The notes beneath the pieces were generated by a model. That model saw nothing but the letters and a program-made list of their open reading frames with translations, did no database searches and had not been told where the DNA came from. Position numbers and translations under genes: made by a program. A stretch of 64,000 nt of DNA from an uncultured Acidobacteriota bacterium. GTDB taxonomy: Bacteria; Acidobacteriota; Thermoanaerobaculia; Multivoradales; JAHEKO01. The stretch spans positions 480,001 through 544,000 of the forward strand of contig CAVQNG010000005.1 of NCBI GenBank assembly GCA_963713825.1, in the 5' to 3' direction. Below, one piece after another: positions 28,534-38,603 of this stretch (its first letter is position 1; each line of letters starts with the position of its first letter).

Positions 28534-30114
28534 CTATGGTGCCAGCCAAGCGAGCGGTCGAATCTGCCCCAGATCCTGCTCCGCGGCCATCCTCTCCAAC
28601 ATCTCATGATCCACTTGGTACAACCTCCAGAACCCCTCTCTCGTGACCGGAACCAACGCTGGGACCAGCGCAACATTTTCGTGGTTCTCTGCGCTTCCGT
28701 TGGCCAAGACCACATCGAACCAGGCCAGATCGCTCAGCTTCAGGTTCCACGGCTCCCATTCGAGGTTGTGGGTCCAGGCGTGGCTGTAGGTTTCCTTGAA
28801 CACCACCGGCATCGGGGCGAAGTTGGCGAAGGAGAAGGCGAGCGTCCCGCCGCCGCGCACCTGGGCGTAGGCAGGGAGCTGCAGAAAGGGCAGCCGCTTG
28901 ATCACCTGGCTTCGTTGCTGCGTCTCGATGCCGAGAACTCGTGACTGCGGCGGTACCTGCTCCAGCGCCTGCTCGAAGCCCGAGAGCTCGTGACGCTCGT
29001 AGAAGCTCCAGAGGATGGCCAGCATCGCGACGAACAGAAGGGCGACGGCTGAGGTCCCGATTCGGGCGAGCGAGGGCTTGATTCTCGGTGCCGGTGCGGC
29101 CAGGACCAGCAGCACCAGCGCCGGTGCCGTCCACCGTTGCGCGAATTCGGTCGTCTGGTGGTAGAGATTGGGGAGCGCCAGTGCTGCGAGGAACAGCATC
29201 GATCCTGCGAGCGCGAGGGCCCCGTCACCCTCTTCTCGGAGGCTCTTGCGGTTCTGGACCAGCCCCACCGCGACCCATAACAGGATCAGTCCGAGCATAA
29301 CGATTTCCGTGGGGCCTCTGACCCCACCGAAGCCCGTGTTCACCAACCAGCTCGGATTCAGTCGTTGCCAAGGCATGGGAGCCCAGTCCACCGGAGACGT
29401 GAACTGCAGCTTCTCCAGGTTTCCGTACCAGAGGGCTGCAAGGACCAGTACTGGGGCCACAGCCGCGAATCGCCTCAGGCGTCGCTTCCGAAGAGGCAAG
29501 CGAGCCGCCACATCGTGGACCACCAACCAGATGAACCCGGCCACCAGCCAAAGGGCGTGGCTGAAATAGAGCAGCAGGAATCCCAGCAGCAGTTTCCACT
29601 CGGAGCGCTTTTCGGCCGGCTGGGTCGTCAGGTGGATCCACAAGAGAAACACCGGCAACCCGACTACGAAGGGAGCGAACCCCCAGTACATCGAGAGGCT
29701 GAAGAAGAAGAGGGATGCCAAGACCGCCGACGAGATGCTCCGCCCGCGGCTGGCCGCCAGCGCGTGGATCCCACCTGCCCAGGCCATTCCGAACAGCGCC
29801 ATCCCGATCAGGCCGACCTTCATCGGCTCCACGAGCTTCCAGAGAGCCCCGAACACCAGATAGGCGATCCAGTAGGGCGTCAGCCACTGGACGCGATAGA
29901 CCGAATCGGGATTCCCGAGGGTCTCGAAGAACAACCGCACCTGCGCCACATGCTGCGGCAAGTCCGCCGATGGAGGAACATCCACCGCCAGAAACGGCAC
30001 CACCATCAGTCCCATCGCCAGCAGCGCAAACCACAGCCTCGCTGAGTTCAGCTGCGCCCGAAGCGGCCGGCGCCCCTGCCGGCCGGGGTGTGCGCGGGAT
30101 TGGTCAGGTCCCAT
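28534..30114 (-). CDS. Multi-TM membrane protein, possibly GT-C-fold glycosyltransferase-like (start uncertain)
   Basis: PPSADLPQH after TM1, about 10 TM helices, soluble C-terminal domain; 5' end overlaps a REP hairpin. Confidence 0.6.
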   Translation of the reverse strand: MGPDQSRAHPGRQGRRPLRAQLNSARLWFALLAMGLMVVPFLAVDVPPSADLPQHVAQVRLFFETLGNPDSVYRVQWLTPYWIAYLVFGALWKLVEPMKVGLIGMALFGMAWAGGIHALAASRGRSISSAVLASLFFFSLSMYWGFAPFVVGLPVFLLWIHLTTQPAEKRSEWKLLLGFLLLYFSHALWLVAGFIWLVVHDVAARLPLRKRRLRRFAAVAPVLVLAALWYGNLEKLQFTSPVDWAPMPWQRLNPSWLVNTGFGGVRGPTEIVMLGLILLWVAVGLVQNRKSLREEGDGALALAGSMLFLAALALPNLYHQTTEFAQRWTAPALVLLVLAAPAPRIKPSLARIGTSAVALLFVAMLAILWSFYERHELSGFEQALEQVPPQSRVLGIETQQRSQVIKRLPFLQLPAYAQVRGGGTLAFSFANFAPMPVVFKETYSHAWTHNLEWEPWNLKLSDLAWFDVVLANGSAENHENVALVPALVPVTREGFWRLYQVDHEMLERMAAEQDLGQIRPLAWLAP

Positions 30115-30443
30115 GTCGCGACTCTGGCGTATGCAGTCCGTGCTGGGTGGGGGATGTAGGGGCGGGGCTTGTCCCCGCCCGCGGACGCCCCTGCCGGCCG
30201 TTTGTCACTTTGGCCTGTGAGATGTCCTTTTTGGGTGCTAAGTGGTGTTTTTTGGACGGTGAGCTGTCATTGTTTGCTGCAGCGGCCGGCGCCCCTGCCG
30301 GCCGGGGAGTGTGGGGGTGCCCGGATCCGTGCCGGCCTTCCAACGACGAACTCGAATTGTCAGCTCCCATGCCGCCCCGACTCTAGCGCATGGCGGTTGG
30401 GTTGGGAGGGGGATGTAGGGGCGGGGCTTGCCCCCGCCCGCTG

Positions 30444-30863
30444 TCATGCATCTGCCGGCAGGATCCGAAACGGCTTCCCGCCAGCACCTCTCAGCGCCCG
30501 GAAGTGCCTGTGATCGAGCGTCAAGAGGTCGAGGACGTTTTGCTTCTCCGACAACACGACGATCGATGCATCGGCCAAGCCGATCCCCAGATCGGAGTAC
30601 TGCTCGATGATCTCTCTAGCACGCTTGATGTCTGCGAGTTCGAAGGGAGCAAGATCATAGGCCCCACGCTCGACTTCTCGAAGAAGAGTGAGCTCTTTGG
30701 GGATACCCGCGAGCTTGGTAACCAGGTAGTCCAGCTCGGCGAGAACGAAGGGAGACAGAAACAAGAGTCCTTTGTTCTTGGTGAGAACCTTGGCGCAGTC
30801 TTTATGGCTGCGTTGGTCAGGAGATAGGGCGGCGAGCAATCCGCAGGAGTCGACCAGCATCAT
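30444..30863 (-). CDS. vapC: PIN-domain toxin (VapC family)
   Basis: MLVDS, VLAELDYL, GLADASIV, LTLDHRHF. Confidence 0.88.
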   Translation of the reverse strand: MMLVDSCGLLAALSPDQRSHKDCAKVLTKNKGLLFLSPFVLAELDYLVTKLAGIPKELTLLREVERGAYDLAPFELADIKRAREIIEQYSDLGIGLADASIVVLSEKQNVLDLLTLDHRHFRALRGAGGKPFRILPADA

Positions 30864-31096
30864 GACTCGCCGAAGCCCTCGAGCAGCTCGTCCACGCGTT
30901 CTGCGGCAGTAGGATCGCCCAGGCCTTCCGAGAACAGTGGAATCGTGGGCTTGGGCCTTGGGCGTTGGTCGACAGCTCGCTGAATCGCAGCACGAATGAT
31001 CTCCGCTTCGGAGCGCTTCTCCTCGGCGGCCATCTTCTCGAGATCTGCCTTCAGAGCTTCAGGGAGGTAAACCGTCGTCTTGATCATGCCATACAT
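30860..31096 (-). CDS. Ribbon-helix-helix (CopG-type) antitoxin
   Basis: KTTVYLPEALK..RSEAEIIRAAI..ERVDELLEGFGE; overlaps the vapC start. Confidence 0.85.
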   Translation of the reverse strand: MYGMIKTTVYLPEALKADLEKMAAEEKRSEAEIIRAAIQRAVDQRPRPKPTIPLFSEGLGDPTAAERVDELLEGFGES

Positions 31097-31448
31097 TATG
31101 CCATACCTCGAAAGTCATTGATTCCGTTGCTATTTGTCAGCCATCACTGGTAGAGATGACGGGAAGTCGATGGAGGTTCTTGCAGACCATCTTGTGCAGG
31201 GCGGAACGTAGAGGAGGGGCTTGCCCCCTCCCACGGGCGCCCGCAAGGGGCGCCCCTACATTTGGCCGTCATGGATGGGAATGGGCGGGGAATGTAGGGG
31301 AGGGCCTTGCGCCCTCCCGGGGTGCCCCCTTGTGATCCCATTCCTTCGGGTGGGTCCGGATCCTGCCCTTTTAGGGCTTGGGTCCAGGGGGTCGGCCGGA
31401 TACCATAGGCGCGGCCTCGGAGTCGAGGCCGTCTCTAGGAGGATTCCA

Positions 31449-32705
31449 ATGACTCGAATTCGCATTCCCATGGCCTTTCTGGCCCTCCTCGTTGCCCTGA
31501 CGGCAGTGCCTGCAATGGGTGACGAGATCGACAAGCCCTACCGAATGGAGATCGGCGACCCGGCTCGCAAGACCCAGAAGGCCGACCTCGTCCTGGACGC
31601 CATCACCGACACTCGCACGGGTGAGCTTCTGAGCCCCGCACAGCTGGCCGACAGGCTGGCCGACAAGCGCATCGTGTTCATGGGCGAGAGCCACACCGAC
31701 ATCTTCTTTCACCGCTCCCAGTTCCAGATCATCGAGGCCCTGCAGAACGCCGGCCGCGAGGTCCTGATCGGCCTCGAGATGTACCCCTACACCAAGCAGG
31801 AGTTGCTGGATAACTGGGTGGCCGGCCGCTACACCGAAGAGGGCTTCCTCGAGATCTCGCAGTGGTACGAGGCCTGGGGCTACCACTGGGACTACTACCG
31901 CTCCATCTTCATGTTCGCGCAGGAGCACGGCCTCCCCATGTACGCCCTCAATACTCCGCGCGAGATCATCGCGGCAGTCCGCAAGAAGGGCTTCGACGAG
32001 CTGACCGAAGAAGAGAAGGCTCAGATGCCGCCCGACATCGACACCGACAACGCGGACCACCTCGAGCTCTTCAAGGCCTTCTTCGAAGGCGAGGACTTCC
32101 ACTCCTCGATGACCGATGAGCAGTGGATGGGAATGTTCTCCGCCCAGTGCACCTGGGACGCCACCTTCGGCAACAACGCCCTCAAAGCCCTGGAGAAGCA
32201 CCCCGATCCCAACGCGATCCTCGTGGTCCTCGTGGGCTCCGGCCACGTCACCTACGACTTAGGGATACAGCGCCAGATCGCCCAGTGGGAGCAGGTACCC
32301 ATGGCCACCGTGATTCCCATCAATGTCGTGGACGGTGACGGTGTTGCCATCCCCCAGGTGCAGGCTTCCTACGCCGACTTCCTGTGGGGCATGCCGCCTG
32401 TGACCGACCCGATCTACCCGACGATCGGACTTTCTACTCGCAGCACAGGTGACGAAGGCCAACGCACCGTGATTTTCATCAGTGAGGAATCAGTGGCTGA
32501 GCGGGCTGGGTTTCAGATGGGCGACGTGCTTCTCGAGTTCGACGGCCAGCCTCTTCCTGACAAGGCGACTTTCTCCAACTTGATGGCGGGCATGATGTGG
32601 GGTGACAGGGCCGTGATCAAGGTGCGCAGGGGAGAGGAAGAGATAGACCTGGATGTGGCCTTTCGTCGAGCTCTTGCTGAATCAGATTCCGGCGATGTTC
32701 AGTGA
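31449..32705 (+). CDS. ChaN-family heme-binding/uptake protein with a C-terminal PDZ domain
   Basis: Signal peptide; VFMGESH, IGLEM, YRSIFMFA, AQCTWD, VGSGHV; PDZ-like SVAERAGFQMGDVLLEFDG. Confidence 0.82.
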   Translation: MTRIRIPMAFLALLVALTAVPAMGDEIDKPYRMEIGDPARKTQKADLVLDAITDTRTGELLSPAQLADRLADKRIVFMGESHTDIFFHRSQFQIIEALQNAGREVLIGLEMYPYTKQELLDNWVAGRYTEEGFLEISQWYEAWGYHWDYYRSIFMFAQEHGLPMYALNTPREIIAAVRKKGFDELTEEEKAQMPPDIDTDNADHLELFKAFFEGEDFHSSMTDEQWMGMFSAQCTWDATFGNNALKALEKHPDPNAILVVLVGSGHVTYDLGIQRQIAQWEQVPMATVIPINVVDGDGVAIPQVQASYADFLWGMPPVTDPIYPTIGLSTRSTGDEGQRTVIFISEESVAERAGFQMGDVLLEFDGQPLPDKATFSNLMAGMMWGDRAVIKVRRGEEEIDLDVAFRRALAESDSGDVQ

Positions 32706-32816
32706 GGCCTCTCTCCCGATAGAGGATTTCCATTCGGTAGGACTCGGGGTCAGAGATCAGCTGGCCCTTTTCCTTTCTGACGTGACCCGGACTTAAAGCA
32801 AGAAACGCACCCAGTG

Positions 32817-35800
32817 ATGAAGGCAGCTGTCTACATTCTCTTCCTGTTATCGGGCGCCTGCGGCCTGGTGTACGAAGTCGTCTGGTCTCGGATGCTGACC
32901 CAGATCTTCGGCAGCACGGTGATCGCCGTTGGGACTGTGCTGGCAGCATTCATGTGTGGCTTGGCCCTAGGAAGCTATGCCCTGGGCAAGCGTGGAGACA
33001 GGAGCTCCAACCCTCTTCGGCTATACGCCTCCTATGAGCTGGGGATCGGTGCTTCGGCACTGGTCTCCACGCTTTTGATGGGTAGAGTGGAGTGGCTGTA
33101 TCTGTGGTTGTACGGGGTGGCAGGTGGATCGGCGGCACTTTTTGGTGCTCTTCGATTCGTGTTGGCTTTCGGCCTGGTCTTCGTTCCCACCTTCCTCATG
33201 GGCGCAACGCTGCCGCTCTTGGCCAGATTCGTAATCACGCGGCTTTCGACGGTCGGGACTCATCTCAGCACGCTGTATGCGATCAACACGGTCGGAGCCG
33301 TGGCAGGCAGCACGGCGGCCGGGTTCTATTTGATCGGTACCTTTGGGATTCATCGATCGGTGTTCTTGGCGGTTGTCTGCAATCTCGGAATTGGTCTTAT
33401 CGCTTGGATCATGTCAGCGAGACCTGGCGACGAAGAGATGGAGGTCCCGTCTCAGGCCATCGACAGTTCTCCACCGGTGGTCTCTTCACCAGGGGAGCGA
33501 CCGGACGAAAGCGCCAGGGTACTTCTCTGGGCCTTCGGCCTAGCCGGTTTCACGTCGTTCGCCTACGAGATCTTCTGGACCCGCTCGCTGGTCCATCTGC
33601 TTGGCAACTCAACTTACGCCTTCACGATGATGCTTTCGGCGTTCCTGATTGGGATCGCTCTTGGTGGATACCTCATTCGCTTTGTCATCGGTCGAATCTC
33701 GGACCGCTTGAAGTGGTTCGCCGGGCTTCAGCTTCTGATTGGCCTCTCTTCTGCTGCGGCCCTACCGGTAATGTTCTCGATCCTCGAGTCCGAGGCGTTG
33801 TCTGGATTCCTGTTGAGGATGTCGAACGACCTTGGGGCGCTCATGGTGTCGCGCTTCGTGACAGCGCTGCTGATCATGTTGGTCCCAGCTACCATGATCG
33901 GTGCCTTGTTCCCGTTGGTGGGGAGCATCTATGTCCAGGACTTGAGGCGAACCGGTTCCGATGTGGGTAAGTTGTATGCCGTCAACACAATCGGCAACGT
34001 GTTCGGAGCCCTGGCACCGGGTTTCGTCCTACTTCCGATCTTCGGAATCCAGAAGGGCATCGTCCTGATGGCTGCCCTCAATGTGTCGATTGGCCTCTAC
34101 GTGTTTCTTCTCGGCAGCAAGAGTGCCGCGAGGCTTCGATACGGAGTCCCAGTCCTGTTTCTGCTTGCTGTTGTGGTGCTGTCTAGAGCAGATTTCGATT
34201 TCCGGTTCCCAGCCGAGCATGAGACGCCCAACGACAGGGTTCTCTACTATCGGGAGGGAGTCTCAGGCACAACCAAGGTGTTCGAGGAGCCCAGTACCGG
34301 CGAAAAGAGGATGGCCATCGATGGCATCGTGATCGGCGGGACTGAGTTCACCGATTACAAACAACAGATTCTGGCTCACTTGCCCAAGCTGCTCTTGAAG
34401 GAGTTCGATTCGGAGCTCTCAGTTGGCCTGGGCTCAGGGATACTGCTTGGAGAGAGCCTTCGCCACCACGGCCTGGAGAGGCTCGTCTGTCTGGAAATCG
34501 AGCCGAGCGTACTGGAAGGGGCTGCATACTTCGAAGAGGAGAACTACGGAGTCCTGGACGATCCGCGAGTCGAGATCGTCATCGATGATGCCAGCAACTA
34601 CCTACGAACGACTGCCGAGGAGTTCGACATTATCTCGGCGGACGAGAAGACCGCTGACAAGTACGCTTCCAACGGGTTCTCGTACTCGAGCGATTACTAT
34701 CACCAGCTGAGGGAGCACCTCTCCCCGAACGGTCTGGTCGTGCAGTGGATACCCAACCATATCCCGGCAAGCCAGTACCGGATGGTGCTCAGGACCTTCG
34801 CCGAGTCGTTCCCCCACGTTACCGTCTGGTACTTTCCGCCAGCTGGAAAGGGAGGGCCAGCGAACACGATCGTGACAGGGTCTGTTCAAGAGCTCGAGAT
34901 CGACTTGAACTGGATGAACAAAGTCCTGCAGGACGATCCGGAGGCGTTCGACGGCTGGAGGAAATACGGAATAGCCAATGGCGAGGAGATCCTGGCGCAC
35001 TACATTTCAGACAGGTCAGCTGTTCTCAATGCCACGATCGGTGCCAAGGAGAACACTCTAGAGCACCCCTACTACGAGTTCTATTCGCCAAGGGACTACT
35101 CGACATCCGTCAATGCGAGAACGCTGGAAAGTCATGACTTCTTGATGATCTTGCGCGCGGCAGATGGGCCTGATGGTCTTGCGCAGCGTCTCCCAGGACC
35201 TGTGGGCCCGAGATTGAGTGCGGCCATCGAGGCAGAGTACGAGTTCCTCTTGGGTTTGAGGAAGGAGTTGCAAGCGAGGCCACACGAAGAGGTCGCTGCC
35301 GCTTTCGAAGCCGCACTGACCATTGCGCCCTGGAACGCGAACCTTCGCAGCCAGATTCTCTCCTACCTTTGGACCGAAGCCGGAAATGCCTTCTTGGCTG
35401 GCGATTTTGCGTGGGCTCTGGACCGGATGCGCGAAGCGGCCGAGGTCTACCCCGAGAATGGAGAAGTCCGGTACTACTACGGGCTCACCCTCTTGAACAC
35501 TGGGCAGCCTGAGCAGGCGATCCAAGAGATGAAGGATGCGATTCTCCGCAACCCCAGGTTGATCGCTCCTCGACGTCATCTTGCCTCGCAGTATCTGGCC
35601 AACGGTAGGTTCGAGGACGCCGCGATTCAACTGCAGGGTGTTCTTGTCATCGACCCTGAGGACCTCTTCTCTTTGGTGACGTACGCTGCATTGTTGGCGG
35701 AGAAACAGGCTGACTTTGCGGCGGCCGGACGACACCTGGAAGTGGCGGAGCAACTTGCCCCTGGCGACCCGTCGGTGATCGATGCGCGAGCCTGGGTCGC

Positions 35801-35918
35801 CCATCTGAGTGGAGACCGGAACGAGGCTCGCCGAATTGTCGAGGAGGGTGGTAGCTACTACTTGAGCGATGCCTTGTTCGAGCAACGTCGGAAGGCGATC
35901 TTGGGAGGAGCACCATGA
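32817..35918 (+). CDS. Fused membrane (MFS-like) / spermidine-synthase-like SAM-fold protein with C-terminal TPRs
   Basis: SGACGLVYEVVW, LYAINTVG, LYAVNTIG, VGLGSG, LEIEP, DDA; TPR tail. Confidence 0.85.
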   Translation: MKAAVYILFLLSGACGLVYEVVWSRMLTQIFGSTVIAVGTVLAAFMCGLALGSYALGKRGDRSSNPLRLYASYELGIGASALVSTLLMGRVEWLYLWLYGVAGGSAALFGALRFVLAFGLVFVPTFLMGATLPLLARFVITRLSTVGTHLSTLYAINTVGAVAGSTAAGFYLIGTFGIHRSVFLAVVCNLGIGLIAWIMSARPGDEEMEVPSQAIDSSPPVVSSPGERPDESARVLLWAFGLAGFTSFAYEIFWTRSLVHLLGNSTYAFTMMLSAFLIGIALGGYLIRFVIGRISDRLKWFAGLQLLIGLSSAAALPVMFSILESEALSGFLLRMSNDLGALMVSRFVTALLIMLVPATMIGALFPLVGSIYVQDLRRTGSDVGKLYAVNTIGNVFGALAPGFVLLPIFGIQKGIVLMAALNVSIGLYVFLLGSKSAARLRYGVPVLFLLAVVVLSRADFDFRFPAEHETPNDRVLYYREGVSGTTKVFEEPSTGEKRMAIDGIVIGGTEFTDYKQQILAHLPKLLLKEFDSELSVGLGSGILLGESLRHHGLERLVCLEIEPSVLEGAAYFEEENYGVLDDPRVEIVIDDASNYLRTTAEEFDIISADEKTADKYASNGFSYSSDYYHQLREHLSPNGLVVQWIPNHIPASQYRMVLRTFAESFPHVTVWYFPPAGKGGPANTIVTGSVQELEIDLNWMNKVLQDDPEAFDGWRKYGIANGEEILAHYISDRSAVLNATIGAKENTLEHPYYEFYSPRDYSTSVNARTLESHDFLMILRAADGPDGLAQRLPGPVGPRLSAAIEAEYEFLLGLRKELQARPHEEVAAAFEAALTIAPWNANLRSQILSYLWTEAGNAFLAGDFAWALDRMREAAEVYPENGEVRYYYGLTLLNTGQPEQAIQEMKDAILRNPRLIAPRRHLASQYLANGRFEDAAIQLQGVLVIDPEDLFSLVTYAALLAEKQADFAAAGRHLEVAEQLAPGDPSVIDARAWVAHLSGDRNEARRIVEEGGSYYLSDALFEQRRKAILGGAP

Positions 35919-37651
35919 GAACTGTCCGGGTCGTTGGTGCCGCCTTGGTGGCTCTCTTGGCGCTGGTGGTATACGCCAATACCCTGCTCAATGGCCTCCA
36001 CGTCGACGATCAGCAGCAGATCGTCGACAACCCGTGGATCCGCGACCCCACCGCCCTTGGCGAGATCTTCACGTCAGGCGTCTGGGACCACGCAGGCCGG
36101 GTCTCCAGCTATTACCGACCCGGGATGTTCCTGCTCTACATGGGTACGTTTCTGCTCTTCGGATTGCAGCCCTGGGCCTTTCATCTGCTCAACGTGACTC
36201 TTCACGTAGGGGCGTCAGTCCTGGTGTACCTGATCGTCTGGCGGTTGTCGTTTCAAAATCAGGACCCACATGCCGACCCAGACCAAGGGAAACAGTCGCT
36301 GGTCGCGATGCCATCTCTGGCTGCTGGAGCGCTTTTCGCGACTCATCCCATTCACACAGAGTCCGTGGCCTGGGCCGCAGGGGTCACGGATGTCTCGTTC
36401 AGTCTCTTCTTCTTGCTGGCGCTGTACCTGTATATCAATTCTCGACAAACCTGGATCTCTATCATCGCTTCAGCGGTCGCGTTCTTCGCTGCTCTCTTAT
36501 GCAAGGAACCGGCGATCACACTACCGGTGGTGCTAGTCGCCTACGATCTCTTCTTACGCCGCGAGAAGTTCTCGCTCGGTCGCTGTGCTCTGCGGCAGGT
36601 GCCATACGTTGCAGCCATCGCCATCTACATGGTGTTGCGAGTCCAGGCCTTGGGAGGCTTTGCGCCGGTGAGCACCGAGGCCTCATTCACGTTGTACCAC
36701 TACGTGATCAACGTCATGGCCCTGTTCTCGCGCTACCTCGAGGCTCTGGTCTTGCCTCTGAATCTCAACTTCTGGCATATCTTCCGACCGGTTACGAGCC
36801 TGGCCTCGCCTACCGGGATCAAGTCCATATTGGTGGTTTCCGCCTTTCTGGGTCTTGCCTTGCTCGCATGGAGAAAGAGCCGAGCCGCTCTGTTCGGATT
36901 GACTCTGCTGGTCGTACCTCTGCTACCTTCATTCCATGTGTCAGCCCTGAACCAGGGACTCGAGAACGCTTTCGCCGAGCGTTACCTCTACCTGCCTTCC
37001 GTCGGCTTTGTGATCGTGATTGCAGCGTTTCTCGCCTGGGTCAGCATCAACCGACCCCAGTGGAGACGCTTGCTGATCGTGATGGTTGCCGTTGTTGTCG
37101 TCGCCTACTCGGTGACGACAATTCGCCGGAATGTAGTATGGAAGGACGCGTTCAGCCTCTGGTCGGACGCGATCAGCAAATCACCTCAGAGTGCCGTGGT
37201 GCAGATGAACTACGGGTTTTCCCTCATTGGCCGGGGCGAGGTGAGCGCCGGGCGCGAGCATCTCGAGAAGGCTCGAGAGCTCGATCCCGCCCGAGTCGAC
37301 CTCAAGATCCAGAATGGCATCGCCTATGCCGGTCGCGGCAATATCAAACAGGCGATCCTGGAACTCAGTGCAGCCCTGGAGCTCGACCCCCAGTCGGTGA
37401 TGGCTCACTACAACATCGCAATTCTGTTCGAGAAACTGGGCTGGATGGACGAGGCGATCCAGCACTACGAAAAGGCCCTCGCTCTGGCGCCGGACTTCGC
37501 TGATGCCCACAACAATCTGGGCATCCTGTTTGCTGAAGATGGAGATCTGGTGAATGCAGGGCTTCACTTCGAGACAGCCGTACGACTCGATAGCACCCAT
37601 CCCGAGTACCGGGCCAACCTCGAGCGGCTCCGGAGCCTGGAAGGTCGGTAG
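35915..37651 (+). CDS. TMTC-like membrane glycosyltransferase with TPR repeats
   Basis: YANTL..HVDD..IVDNP, YYRP, LFATHPIHTESVAW, LCKE, AERYLYLPS, RNVVW; TPRs. Confidence 0.82.
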   Translation: MRTVRVVGAALVALLALVVYANTLLNGLHVDDQQQIVDNPWIRDPTALGEIFTSGVWDHAGRVSSYYRPGMFLLYMGTFLLFGLQPWAFHLLNVTLHVGASVLVYLIVWRLSFQNQDPHADPDQGKQSLVAMPSLAAGALFATHPIHTESVAWAAGVTDVSFSLFFLLALYLYINSRQTWISIIASAVAFFAALLCKEPAITLPVVLVAYDLFLRREKFSLGRCALRQVPYVAAIAIYMVLRVQALGGFAPVSTEASFTLYHYVINVMALFSRYLEALVLPLNLNFWHIFRPVTSLASPTGIKSILVVSAFLGLALLAWRKSRAALFGLTLLVVPLLPSFHVSALNQGLENAFAERYLYLPSVGFVIVIAAFLAWVSINRPQWRRLLIVMVAVVVVAYSVTTIRRNVVWKDAFSLWSDAISKSPQSAVVQMNYGFSLIGRGEVSAGREHLEKARELDPARVDLKIQNGIAYAGRGNIKQAILELSAALELDPQSVMAHYNIAILFEKLGWMDEAIQHYEKALALAPDFADAHNNLGILFAEDGDLVNAGLHFETAVRLDSTHPEYRANLERLRSLEGR

Positions 37652-37690
37652 AGAACAGGGCAGCAGTCAGGCCAAGTAGCTGTTGGGCCT

Positions 37691-38596
37691 CTACTGGACG
37701 ATCTCGAATCGCTGCACCCGGTTATTTCCCCGATCCGCAACGAACAGGTAGTCGCCACTGGTGGCCAGGCCGGTGGGATAGCGAAGGAAGCCCTCTCTCC
37801 AACCGAGCTGCGACTGGCGACCTTCGAACGAGCCGTTCTGGCCGACGATGACGATGCCGCCGCCGGACTTGTCGGCGAGGTACAGATGCCCCCAGGTATC
37901 CGCGGCGATGGCCGTAGGAAAGGCCATATCTTCTGTCATGGGCTCAGTCACGGCCGCCAAGATCTCATCGTCCTTCGAGGCGGAGAAGACCTGTTTGTTG
38001 CTGGTGTCGATGGCGAAGAGGACGCCTGTCGAGGTGACCGTCAAATCGGAGAGAAATCCGACCTCTGGCGGGAACGCTATCTGACGCACGACGGCGCCTC
38101 CGGGATCCAGGACCACGATCTTGCCTGCAGAGATATTCAGTAGGTAGAGATTGTCGCGGCTGTCGATCGCAAAGCTGCGGAGGATGGTCTCCTCCTGCCG
38201 GGAATCGACCGGTACCTCCACGAAGCTCTTGAACTCACCAGCAGCCGTCAGGCGGGCCAGGCGATGTGACTTACCATCCAGCGCCAGAATCTCCCCTTTT
38301 GAATCGATACCGACCCGGATTGGAAAAGGCACTTGAGCCAGGCGAACTTCGTCCCGCGGCTTGAACCCTTCTTTGAGCTGGTCGAAAATCACCAATCGGC
38401 GATTGCCGGTGTCGGCTACCACCAGAACAGACTTGCCATCGGAAGCTACTCCCTCGGGCTTGTTGAGAGCGGCACCCACTGCGTCGACATAGATCGCGTT
38501 CGTGGGTCGCAGGCGAACCGTTTGCGCGAGCGAGTGCGATGCGGTTACGACGGCCAGCGTCAGAGCTAAGAAGAGAACTCGTTGGTTTCTCGGCAT
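37691..38596 (-). CDS. Secreted NHL-repeat beta-propeller protein
   Basis: Signal peptide; LNKPEGVA..VADTGNRR, FPTAIA, LRYPTGL..VADRGNNRVQ. Confidence 0.85.
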   Translation of the reverse strand: MPRNQRVLFLALTLAVVTASHSLAQTVRLRPTNAIYVDAVGAALNKPEGVASDGKSVLVVADTGNRRLVIFDQLKEGFKPRDEVRLAQVPFPIRVGIDSKGEILALDGKSHRLARLTAAGEFKSFVEVPVDSRQEETILRSFAIDSRDNLYLLNISAGKIVVLDPGGAVVRQIAFPPEVGFLSDLTVTSTGVLFAIDTSNKQVFSASKDDEILAAVTEPMTEDMAFPTAIAADTWGHLYLADKSGGGIVIVGQNGSFEGRQSQLGWREGFLRYPTGLATSGDYLFVADRGNNRVQRFEIVQ

Positions 38597-38603
38597 TACG
38601 GGG

